NCBI GenBank assembly: GCA_964473925.1
Contig: CAYYVW010000007.1
Coordinates: forward strand, 37,205 to 101,204
From: an uncultured Verrucomicrobiaceae bacterium
Lineage (GTDB): Bacteria > Verrucomicrobiota > Verrucomicrobiia > Methylacidiphilales > CAYYVW01
Length of the DNA stretch: 64,000 nt
Direction: 5' to 3'
Shown: positions 48,382 to 56,586 of the stretch, piece after piece
How positions within the stretch are numbered: the first letter of the stretch is position 1
Layout of the letters: the number at the start of each line of letters is the position of its first letter
Notes under the pieces: model-generated
What the model was told of the DNA's origin: nothing
Database searches by the model: none
What the model saw: the letters and a program-made list of their open reading frames with translations, nothing else
Program-made: the position numbers and the translations under genes

Positions 48382-48991
48382 CGCTTTTGCTCCTGCTATG
48401 CGTCCCTTTGATCTTCTCGGTGCCATTCTCGCCGGCTGCGTGCTGGGCAGTTGTTTTTTGCCTTGGGCAAAATTCACACCCAGTTCGTCTCGTTCACCAC
48501 AAGCCGCGGTTGCATTAGCAAAGCGGATTGCCGCGGAGGAAGATCGTTCCTGGAACAGCGCGTGGCTAGGGATGTCGGCTTCCGAATTGGATGCGACGTG
48601 GCACAACCCCTGGGACGGAATGAGCGCGTGGGCGCTGGCCGAAACAGATCCCTCACACACTCATTTCAAACGCATTGAACAAAGTCAGGTCGTCGGCCAA
48701 ACGCGGACTGCCGATCGTCTACGACTTATCTACCTAGCACCCGGCGCTGCCATCTTCGCGCTGCTTTTCTTAGCGGGATGTCACGCGCGGCGCTGGCCTC
48801 TGCTTTTGCCGCTCTTTGCCTGCGGGGGAATATACGCTCTCATTAGATGGCGACTGCAAACGTCCGAGCTCGATCGCTGGACCGCCGGCCTGGAAGCGGG
48901 GATCGGTTTGTGGCTGGCGCTCTATGCGCTGCTAGCCTTGTCGATTGTTCTTTTGTTGCGCATGCTGCTTCCGGCGCGCTGGGGTGTTTAG
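48365..48991 (+). CDS. Hypothetical membrane protein (about 4 TM)
   Basis: 208 aa. Overlaps the upstream gene by 17 nt (alternative ATG at 48398). Hydrophobic segments are LLGAILAGCVLGSCFL, LIYLAPGAAIFALLFLAG, LLLPLFACGGIYALI and GIGLWLALYALLALSIVLLL. Confidence 0.5.
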   Translation: MRIGSNAFAPAMRPFDLLGAILAGCVLGSCFLPWAKFTPSSSRSPQAAVALAKRIAAEEDRSWNSAWLGMSASELDATWHNPWDGMSAWALAETDPSHTHFKRIEQSQVVGQTRTADRLRLIYLAPGAAIFALLFLAGCHARRWPLLLPLFACGGIYALIRWRLQTSELDRWTAGLEAGIGLWLALYALLALSIVLLLRMLLPARWGV

Positions 48992-49011
48992 AGGCGCTGC
49001 CTTTCCTGAAC

Positions 49012-50346
49012 ATGAGCGCTCCCTCTTTTCGCAATGTCCTACGTGAGCGCAATTTTTCCCTGCTCTGGAGCGGGCAAGTCATCTCGTCCATCGGGGACCG
49101 CCTCTACCAACTCGCACTGGTAAAAATCGCCCTCGACTTAGGCCACCGGACTGCCGTCGGCATGGAAGGAGCCCGGCTCACCTTCTTCGGGCTTTTACCA
49201 GGCCTGCTCCTTGCGCCCTGGCTCGGTTGGGTGGTGGACCGATACTCCCGCCGCCAGGTGATGATTTTCTCCGACCTTGTCCGCGCGGCATTGGCGCTCT
49301 CATTTATTCTATGCGTTGGCACACAACGACCCGAATGGGCCGTCTATCTGCTCGTGCTAGCGATGGGCGCAGCCAGCTCGCTCTTTATCCCAGCGCGTCA
49401 GGCGATTTTACCCCAGCTGGTACGCCCGCAAGATCTTGTCACCGCTAACGCACTTATCTCGTTGGTTGGAATTATTGCCCATCTTTTCGGTGCGCTCGGG
49501 GGCGGGCTGCTCATCGCGGTCTTCGGAACCACCAGCAGCTTTGTGCTCAACAGTGCTGGCTTCATCGTGTCCGCCTGCCTGATCGCTTCTATCTTACCAA
49601 CGTCCGGAAGACTTGTACCAGAAACGGAACCCTCGATGCCCCGGCAAACAGGCTTGGGAGCATGGCTGGAGGGTTGGCGTACTCTGCAGGCGCGACCGAT
49701 GCTCTTTTCGCTCACGCTTGCCAGCGGCATCTTTGCTTTCACCAGCGGCCTTTTCTTAGTGACGCTCATCGAGCAGGTCGCGCACTACGCAGACCTTTCT
49801 TTTGCAAGCGCCACCGCAACCACACTGACAACATGGCTAACGCCGTTTGCTCCAAAACCGCCGGTTATCAATATCCCGTTCTTAGCGATTGGGATGACGC
49901 TCGCCGCACTGGGCGTCGGGCTAGGGCTCGGCGTCTTGTTCTGCGGCAAGTCACGCATCTGGCCGCGGTGGAAGCCGCTCCCCATCGCCGCGCTCGTCGC
50001 CGTGGGCATTGGTATTTTTCTCTTCGGCGGATTTTCGTCCCTCTACGGAATTGTGATCGGTTCCGTCGCGCTTGGGATGCTCGGCTCGGTGATGGCGATT
50101 CCGATCGAGGCGCGGTTGCAAGAGGAAACGCCGGCGCCGGTTCTGGGCCGCGTCTTCGCGCTGCGTAATTTTATCACAACCGCCAGCTTCTTGGCCGCCA
50201 TGGCGATTAATTTAGATGGACGACTGCTCACAGCACTCGGCCCCGGTCAGATGCAGCGAGCGCTCGGCATCCTCGCCGTCGTGCTGGCCGCTCTCCTGTG
50301 GTTGCCGCGTCGCCGCGGATGGTCGGGCTTTTGGCGAAAAGATTGA
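49012..50346 (+). CDS. MFS transporter (DUF894/EntS-like subgroup)
   Basis: The ATG at 49012 gives MSAPSFRNVLRERNFSLLWSGQVISSIGDRLYQLAL, typical of this MFS subgroup. About 12 TM; motif GWVVDRYSRRQVM. Confidence 0.8.
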   Translation: MSAPSFRNVLRERNFSLLWSGQVISSIGDRLYQLALVKIALDLGHRTAVGMEGARLTFFGLLPGLLLAPWLGWVVDRYSRRQVMIFSDLVRAALALSFILCVGTQRPEWAVYLLVLAMGAASSLFIPARQAILPQLVRPQDLVTANALISLVGIIAHLFGALGGGLLIAVFGTTSSFVLNSAGFIVSACLIASILPTSGRLVPETEPSMPRQTGLGAWLEGWRTLQARPMLFSLTLASGIFAFTSGLFLVTLIEQVAHYADLSFASATATTLTTWLTPFAPKPPVINIPFLAIGMTLAALGVGLGLGVLFCGKSRIWPRWKPLPIAALVAVGIGIFLFGGFSSLYGIVIGSVALGMLGSVMAIPIEARLQEETPAPVLGRVFALRNFITTASFLAAMAINLDGRLLTALGPGQMQRALGILAVVLAALLWLPRRRGWSGFWRKD

Positions 50347-50619
50347 GAACCTATTTGGCAAAAACCACGGTGCGCGCGGCGAGCGGTTGTGGCGGCAGAC
50401 ACGGAGTAAGGGAGGGAGTGTATCCGCAGCGATACTCGACCGACCGAGCGACACCGTCTGCCGCCGCAGGCGCCGCCGCCCAAAGGGTTGCCGCTCTTTT
50501 GCCTTCCGGCTTCTTTGCTCGCGTGGTCGAAGATCGCTTCGGATATTCTCCCGCGCTCGCGCCTCGCCAGAGGGCAAAACCTCGGGCAACGCGTACAGTG
50601 GTTTTTGCCAAACAGGTTC
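50346..50619. other. 274-bp intergenic element bounded by a 23-bp inverted repeat (structured RNA or MITE-like element)
   Basis: AGAACCTATTTGGCAAAAACCAC (50346-50368) pairs with GTGGTTTTTGCCAAACAGGTTCT (50598-50620) with one A/C mismatch. An internal 12-bp hairpin pairs GTGGCGGCAGAC (about 50389-50400) with GTCTGCCGCCGC (about 50456-50467). A small TCGAAG-ATCG-CTTCGG hairpin is also present. Confidence 0.5.
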
Positions 50620-50665
50620 TAAGACGTTGTGCAGATGCTTAAAATCACGTAACATTTTCCCTCGC

Positions 50666-51769
50666 GTGAGCCAAAAAAAATCCAACGATAGCGAAGCGTT
50701 GGATCATCTCCATGTCGTGATTCTCGCCGGCGGCAGCGGCGAGCGTTTCTGGCCGCTTTCCCGCGACGTCACGCCCAAGCATCTGCTGCGCTTCTTTGAT
50801 GCAGAGCCGCTCATCGCCAAAACTGTCCGGCGGCTGGAAGGACTCGTTCCTTTCGAGCGCATTTGGATTTTAGTGCAGGAAGCACAGCTGGAAGCCACTG
50901 CGCAAGCTCTGCCGCAATTGCCGCGCTGTCAATTTATCGCGGAGCCTGCCCGCCGCGATACGGGGCCCGCCGCCGCGCTCGCCGCCGCGCTTGTGCGCGC
51001 CCGCGATCCCCATGGCATTGTCGCGTTGCTACCGGCCGATCACCTCATCGTAAATGCCGCTGCATTACGCACGCAGCTGGCCCAAGCTGCAAAGGCCGCC
51101 GCCGCTCAAGCCGCTTTTGTCACTTTTGGCATTCTTCCCACTCATCCGGCCGATGGATTTGGATACTTGAAAATTGCCGGGCCGGCAGCGGCTTCAGATT
51201 TTTTTCAAGTGGAACGATTCGTGGAAAAGCCAGACATCAAAACTGCTACAACGTATCTTAAAGAAGGCGGATACTCTTGGAATTCGGGTATGTTTGTCTG
51301 GAAGACGGAGACGTTTCTCTCCGAAGCTAAGCGCCTGCAGCCGGAGCTGGCTGCGTTTGTTGAAAAATATCCGGCAGCGCCGACTGCGGCTGAAGCGTAT
51401 GTCCGCGAGCGCTTCTCCGCGCTGCCTAAAATTTCGTTTGATTACGCGATTTTGGAAAAAGCAGCAAACGTGCTCATGCTGCCCGCCGCGTTCGATTGGG
51501 ACGACGTCGGCAGCTGGACCGCGGTCGCACGGCACGCGGCATGCGACGCAAACGGCAATGCAATCCTCTCATCGAAAAACAACACGGTCGCGCTGCACGA
51601 AGCGCAAGACAATGTCGTCGTGAACGAATGTCCGGACAAGCCGATCGCTCTTTGCGGCGTAAACAACCTCGTAGTCGTTCAGACCGCCGACGCACTGCTG
51701 ATCTGCCACAAAGAAGCAGCGCAGAAAATTAAAGCGCTGCTGGGCAGCCTGCCGGAAGAACTGCGATAA
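50666..51769 (+). CDS. manC: Mannose-1-phosphate guanylyltransferase (GDP-mannose pyrophosphorylase)
   Basis: The ORF is open from 50216, but homology begins at HVVILAGGSGERFWPLSR. The GTG at 50666 is the nearest plausible start. No C-terminal cupin/PMI domain (short form). Confidence 0.8.
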   Translation: MSQKKSNDSEALDHLHVVILAGGSGERFWPLSRDVTPKHLLRFFDAEPLIAKTVRRLEGLVPFERIWILVQEAQLEATAQALPQLPRCQFIAEPARRDTGPAAALAAALVRARDPHGIVALLPADHLIVNAAALRTQLAQAAKAAAAQAAFVTFGILPTHPADGFGYLKIAGPAAASDFFQVERFVEKPDIKTATTYLKEGGYSWNSGMFVWKTETFLSEAKRLQPELAAFVEKYPAAPTAAEAYVRERFSALPKISFDYAILEKAANVLMLPAAFDWDDVGSWTAVARHAACDANGNAILSSKNNTVALHEAQDNVVVNECPDKPIALCGVNNLVVVQTADALLICHKEAAQKIKALLGSLPEELR

Positions 51770-51777
51770 GACGCGTT

Positions 51778-53220
51778 CTATTCCAGCGGCGGCCGCCTCT
51801 TGTGCCAATCTGTTGACTGCTCGTACGCATGCGCGGCACGCAAGATGGTCGCCTCTCCGAAATGCGGCCCTAGCAACTGGAACCCGATCGGCAGATTCTC
51901 TTTCGTAAATCCGCAGGGGATTGAAATACCGCAGTTGCCCGCGAGATTAGCCGGCGCGGTAAAAATATCCTCCAAGTACATCTGCAGCGGATCTTCCACC
52001 TTATCACCCAGCTTGAACGCCGGCGCTGGAGAAGTCGGCGCGGCGATGACATCACACTTTTCAAACGCCTGCTCGAAGTCTTGCCGAATCAGCTGCCGGA
52101 CTTTCTGCGCGCGATTATAAAAAGCGTCGTGATAGCCCGAGCTGAGCACATACGTTCCCAGAATAATCCGGCGCTTCACCTCCGAACCAAATCCTTCGCC
52201 GCGCGTACGGCCGTACATCTCCAGCAAGTCATCCGTATTCTGCGCGCGATGTCCATAGCGCACACCGTCGAAGCGCGCGAGGTTGGCGGAGGCTTCAGCC
52301 GGAACGATGATGTAGTAAGTCGCAATCGCGTGCTGGGTGTGTGGCAGCGACACTTCCACCGTTTTGGCGCCCAGGGACTCCAGCTGCGCGATCGCGGCAC
52401 GGACCGCTTTCTCAACCTCAGGGTGAATGCCGTCGATGAAATATTCTTTCGCGACGCCAATGCGCAGCCCCTTCACACCTTGCGCGAGCGCCGCGCGGTA
52501 ATCAGGAACGGGCACCTGCGCCGACGTGTTGTCAGCCGGGTCATGCCCCGCCATCGCTTGCAAGAGCAGCGCCGTATCTTCCACGGTTTTGGTCAGCGGC
52601 CCAATTTGATCCAAGCTCGAAACAAACGCCACTAGGCCGTAACGCGAAATGCGGCCGTATGTCGGCTTAAATCCCACGCAGCTGACCATCCCCGCCGGCT
52701 GACGAATCGAGCCGCCGGTGTCCGACCCCAGGCCCGCGATTGCCAAATGCCCGGCAACCGCCGCCGCCGAGCCACCGCTCGAACCGCCGGGCGTGCGCGC
52801 CTGATCCCACGGATTGCGCGTGAGACCCCAGCCGGAATTCTCCGTCGAAGCCCCCATTGCAAATTCGTCCATGTTCATCCGGCCTACGAAAAACGCTCCG
52901 GCCTCCCGAAGTCGTGCGATCGCCGTCGCATCGTACGGCGCAACGTATCCCTTCAAAATCTTCGAAGCGCACGTGCACGATTGCCCAAGCACCCCAATGA
53001 CATCCTTCACCGCAATCGGAATGCCGCCCAGCGGTCCGCTTACATCGGCAGCCGCTGCGTCTGCGAGCGCCCGTTCGCGATCCAAGGCGAGGTACGCCCC
53101 CACCGAAGGGTCATGCGCATCAATCCGCTCGAAAAGCGACTGGACGATATCAACCGGAGAAATTTCTTTCGACTTTAGTTTTCCGCGAAGCGACGTGATC
53201 GTCTCAAAGGCAAGGCTCAT
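51778..53220 (-). CDS. gatA: Glu-tRNA(Gln)/Asp-tRNA(Asn) amidotransferase subunit A
   Basis: 480 aa. Amidase signature GGSSGGSAAAVA...GSDTGGSIRQPA. Confidence 0.95.
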   Translation of the reverse strand: MSLAFETITSLRGKLKSKEISPVDIVQSLFERIDAHDPSVGAYLALDRERALADAAAADVSGPLGGIPIAVKDVIGVLGQSCTCASKILKGYVAPYDATAIARLREAGAFFVGRMNMDEFAMGASTENSGWGLTRNPWDQARTPGGSSGGSAAAVAGHLAIAGLGSDTGGSIRQPAGMVSCVGFKPTYGRISRYGLVAFVSSLDQIGPLTKTVEDTALLLQAMAGHDPADNTSAQVPVPDYRAALAQGVKGLRIGVAKEYFIDGIHPEVEKAVRAAIAQLESLGAKTVEVSLPHTQHAIATYYIIVPAEASANLARFDGVRYGHRAQNTDDLLEMYGRTRGEGFGSEVKRRIILGTYVLSSGYHDAFYNRAQKVRQLIRQDFEQAFEKCDVIAAPTSPAPAFKLGDKVEDPLQMYLEDIFTAPANLAGNCGISIPCGFTKENLPIGFQLLGPHFGEATILRAAHAYEQSTDWHKRRPPLE

Positions 53221-53259
53221 AAAATAATAATCCTCTGTTCCAAACGGCGGCTCGATGCC

Positions 53260-53565
53260 CTATGCGTCCACCGATTTGGGCGCGAGAAAGAGCCCATTTT
53301 CAGTTCGCGGCGCATTAGCCAGCGCCTGCTCGGGCGTAAAGGAGGCCTGGGGTTCGTCCGCGCGCAATCTATTCACAAAATCCTCCGCCATCCCAGGAGA
53401 TTTCACGCTGGAAACATCCACCTTTTGCAGCTGTGCGACGTAGCCGACAATGTGCTGGAGCTGCGGCTGAAATTTTTTCTGCTCCTCGGGCGTCAAGTGC
53501 AAGCGCGCGAGCCCGGCAACGTACGCCACGTCAATATCGGGGGCAGCGGAATCCGCGGAAGGCAT
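53260..53565 (-). CDS. gatC: Glu-tRNA(Gln)/Asp-tRNA(Asn) amidotransferase subunit C
   Basis: 101 aa. VAGLARLHLTPEEQKKFQPQLQHIVGYVAQLQKVD is typical of GatC. Lies upstream of gatA. Confidence 0.85.
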   Translation of the reverse strand: MPSADSAAPDIDVAYVAGLARLHLTPEEQKKFQPQLQHIVGYVAQLQKVDVSSVKSPGMAEDFVNRLRADEPQASFTPEQALANAPRTENGLFLAPKSVDA

Positions 53566-53712
53566 GCCGCGTTGTTATCGGCGCAGACGCAGTCGCACAA
53601 GCCTTTTCGTCCAAGCCGCAGCGCGTATCTTTCCAAGCCAAAACGAAGTTTGCTTTTGGCACGGGCCGCGCACACAATTTTTCCGCTCTTCCACCGGACC
53701 CGCGTTTCTGCA

Positions 53713-56586
53713 ATGCCCGCTCTTTCGAAAAACTCCGTTCCTACCGCCGGCGCCGCTTCCAGCGACCAACAGACCCCTTCGCTGGAACTGGCCCGGACAT
53801 CCCGGCGGCAGTCTCGGCGCCATGCAAGCTCGCCGTCGCCTATCCCAGAACGCCGCGCGCCATCAAATACCTCTCCTGCGAAAACTCGGGGATCTGTTCA
53901 TCGGGATCTTTTCCCGCCAATCTCGGCTCCATCCGCTCAACCGGCTGCGCTCCACGACGAAACGCCTCACTCTTTCTCCAGCAGTCGTCCGGCTTTTACC
54001 CACTCACCCTCTTACTCCTCTCATCACACAGCGGCATCCATGCCCGCAGTTCTCTTGCTCGATGCGCACAACCAGATTGTCTTTGCCAACGCCGCGCTCC
54101 GCGACCGCTTGCAAGACCCGCGCGTCATTTTGACGGGGCAACCGGTTGAGACGCTTTCCACGTGGCTCGACCCGGCACTCTTGGCTGCGCTCCAATGCCC
54201 GCCGGAAGGGCATGAGCATCAACAGACGCTCTCGCTCAAAAATTCCGAGTCGGTGGACGTCACCGTTTCGCAAGAAGATGGCACGATTGAAATTACCCTA
54301 CTGCCCGCCGCGCCGCTCTCCGAGGCTTCTGCTTCTGCCAACGGCATTGATATTCTCGCCACGCACAATCCCAACGAACGAACGCTGGCAATTTGGCACG
54401 CACCCGCGACCACCTCGGAAGGCTCTCAAAATTCAAACGAAAGCTCTATTTCCGCCGCGTGGCAGCAAGCACGCGGAGCCGCGGTTTCGATGAGCCGGGA
54501 TGAATGGGCGGGCCTGTGGAGTGAAACAGTTCCTTCGGGCAACCACGCATGGCATGCGCTGGAAGCTTCGGCGCACTGGCTGCAAGCCGCGGAAAATCTA
54601 GCCGAGCTTCGCGGAAGCCTCGGCTTGCACACCGATTTTGTGGAGTTTGAACGCGATGGACGCCCGCAACTCACCGGCACTCCTGCAACCTTGCCCGCAT
54701 GGCTTGCCGCTGCAGCGCCAGATAAAAGCATTTGGGCGACCGAGTTTTGGCTACTTTCGCTCCTCAAAAAACGCCCCACGGATTGGGAAATGCTCGAACA
54801 AGTCGAAGCGCCGATGCCTTCTACAGATCTCCGGCCCGACGGAGTTGCGCCATTGCCTGACTGGCTTCGCGGCCGACGACTGCTCATCGGTCCGGGAGTT
54901 CGCTTCGGCCGGGACGCGCTGCTTGTTGTCGAGTACGCGCACTCGCTCACTGCTGAAGGAATCAATGGATTGCTGCCCATTCTTTCGGTTCGATTGATGC
55001 GACGACCGGAAGCGCCGCTGCCTCTCTCGCCCGTGCGAAATCGTCAACGCGGGGCAACGGATTCCACGACAAGCCCCACGCCGCCGCCCGTTCGCAGTTC
55101 CAAAACTCGGGAAAAGCCAACGCCCGAGCCTACGCTTCCAGCTCCTACGCCCGTTGCCGAATCTCCCGCGCCACCGCCAACTCCAGAGCCCGAGCCCGCT
55201 CCTTCTCTCGAAAGCTTCAAAAAACTCGAGCTGCTCTCCGATGCTCCGTGGGCCGAAACGTGGCGTGCGGTCGATCCGGCCGGAAATCTCCTCTGCCTTA
55301 AAATTTTCAAGCCCGGCTACGAACGACTGGCCGAAGGCCTGCGCGAGCGAGCCGCGCAATTGCAAAAGCCCCTTCATCCCCGCATTGCTTCGCTCATTCG
55401 TGTTGAAACAAAAGCCGCGCCGCGTTTCGCGCTCTACACCTATGCGCCCGGCCGGACGCTGCATTATTGGCAGCGTCAAACGCCCCTACCCATAGACGCG
55501 TCCGCGCCGCCGCTCGAGCGTCTCGCCCCAACGCTTTCCGCCACGACAGGACCAGCCCCCACTACCACGACTCATCCTTTGCCGTTGGAATGGACGCTCG
55601 ACTGGGCGCTAGAGCTCGCCGAAGCGCTCGAGGCAGCGCACCGTAGCAGGCTTTTGCATCTCGATCTCAAGCCGTCCAACATCGTGATCGGTCCAGACGG
55701 CAAGCCAACCATCGTCGGTTTCGGGCTCGCGCTCACACCCAAACACGCCGCCGACCATCCCCCCGTTGCAACGGCGTTTGCCGAGACGGTCGCCTACATG
55801 GCGCCGGAACGCGCGCGCGCGCAAGGCGGCGTCAGCGCAACGGCCGATATCTACAGCTTGGCCGCTATTGTTTACGAGTTGCTGACCGGTAAAACCCCGT
55901 TTCATCCCTCGGGCGATTTCACCGCGGATGTAGAAGCGTTGCAGGCCCATCGCCCGACCAACCCCGGCCTGCTGCGACTCGATGTACCCGATACGCTCTC
56001 GGCAGCGCTGCTCAAAGCGCTCGATTCCAAGCCCGATCGCCGTTTTGCTTCGATGAACGCCTTCGCACAAACGCTTCGCCGAATTCGTGGCCGCAACCTC
56101 TCCACTAAAAAAACAAAAGCGCCCGGTACCAAAGGCCCCCGCTTCCCCGGCCTGCGCGCGTTGCTCACGCCTCGCCCTCAGTCGGTATTTGCACAAACAG
56201 GCAAACAGCGTCGCAACCCTCGTCGCGCGTTGCTGCTCGCCGGAGTGGTCATTGTCGCAGGCTTGGTCGCGCTCTCCTTGCACCAAAGGAAAGAGCAACG
56301 TGACGCGCTCATTCCCGTTCAACCACCCACACAAGAAAACATTCAGGTCTTTCTTCCAGAATCCGCTCCCACTGTGTCAGAGCCCGTCTCGGACATCTCT
56401 CAACCGGAAGATATTTTGCCAACCACGGCCCCCACCGAACCGGCAGATTCCTCAACAAGCCCCGATGCTGCCGCTCCCATTCCCGCAGCAACTCCTGTTT
56501 CTGAAGCAGAATCCGCCGCTGGAGCATCCGAAACTTCCGGGGACTCTCAAGACGTCGGCCAAGCCATCCTTCCGGCACTGCCTTAG
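53713..56586 (+). CDS. Large membrane Ser/Thr-kinase-like protein (PAS-like N-region, Pro-rich linker, degenerate Hanks kinase domain, TM, acidic/Pro-rich tail)
   Basis: The ORF is open from 53425 but overlaps gatC. The first plausible ATG is 53713. PAS-like AVLLLDAHNQIVFANAALRDRL. Kinase motifs are LCLKIFKP, LLHLDLKPSNIVI, IVGFGLA (GFG replaces DFG) and YMAPERA. TM segment is ALLLAGVVIVAGLVALSL. Confidence 0.75.
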   Translation: MPALSKNSVPTAGAASSDQQTPSLELARTSRRQSRRHASSPSPIPERRAPSNTSPAKTRGSVHRDLFPPISAPSAQPAALHDETPHSFSSSRPAFTHSPSYSSHHTAASMPAVLLLDAHNQIVFANAALRDRLQDPRVILTGQPVETLSTWLDPALLAALQCPPEGHEHQQTLSLKNSESVDVTVSQEDGTIEITLLPAAPLSEASASANGIDILATHNPNERTLAIWHAPATTSEGSQNSNESSISAAWQQARGAAVSMSRDEWAGLWSETVPSGNHAWHALEASAHWLQAAENLAELRGSLGLHTDFVEFERDGRPQLTGTPATLPAWLAAAAPDKSIWATEFWLLSLLKKRPTDWEMLEQVEAPMPSTDLRPDGVAPLPDWLRGRRLLIGPGVRFGRDALLVVEYAHSLTAEGINGLLPILSVRLMRRPEAPLPLSPVRNRQRGATDSTTSPTPPPVRSSKTREKPTPEPTLPAPTPVAESPAPPPTPEPEPAPSLESFKKLELLSDAPWAETWRAVDPAGNLLCLKIFKPGYERLAEGLRERAAQLQKPLHPRIASLIRVETKAAPRFALYTYAPGRTLHYWQRQTPLPIDASAPPLERLAPTLSATTGPAPTTTTHPLPLEWTLDWALELAEALEAAHRSRLLHLDLKPSNIVIGPDGKPTIVGFGLALTPKHAADHPPVATAFAETVAYMAPERARAQGGVSATADIYSLAAIVYELLTGKTPFHPSGDFTADVEALQAHRPTNPGLLRLDVPDTLSAALLKALDSKPDRRFASMNAFAQTLRRIRGRNLSTKKTKAPGTKGPRFPGLRALLTPRPQSVFAQTGKQRRNPRRALLLAGVVIVAGLVALSLHQRKEQRDALIPVQPPTQENIQVFLPESAPTVSEPVSDISQPEDILPTTAPTEPADSSTSPDAAAPIPAATPVSEAESAAGASETSGDSQDVGQAILPALP

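Noticed and set aside
50346-50619. Retron msr/msd or known housekeeping RNA (6S, RNase P, tmRNA, SRP) as the identity of the inverted-repeat element
   Set aside because: No reverse transcriptase gene follows it; the next gene is manC. I see no RNase P, tmRNA or SRP signature sequences. The branched, asymmetric pairing does not resemble the rod-plus-bubble shape of 6S RNA. The identity therefore remains open rather than assigned.
50216-50665. 5' 150 codons of the 517-aa ORF containing manC
   Set aside because: Homology to nucleotidyltransferases begins only at about 50700. The upstream translation is Arg/Cys/Ser-rich junk that overlaps the end of the MFS gene and the whole inverted-repeat element.
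53425-53712. N-terminal 96 codons of the 1053-aa ORF-track version of the kinase-like gene
   Set aside because: This part lies antisense over the well-supported gatC gene. The first sensible ATG outside gatC is at 53713.
54751-56334. Two long minus-strand ORFs (242 aa and 241 aa) inside the kinase-like gene
   Set aside because: They are antisense shadows of a plus-strand ORF that carries ordered Hanks kinase motifs. They have no motifs of their own.
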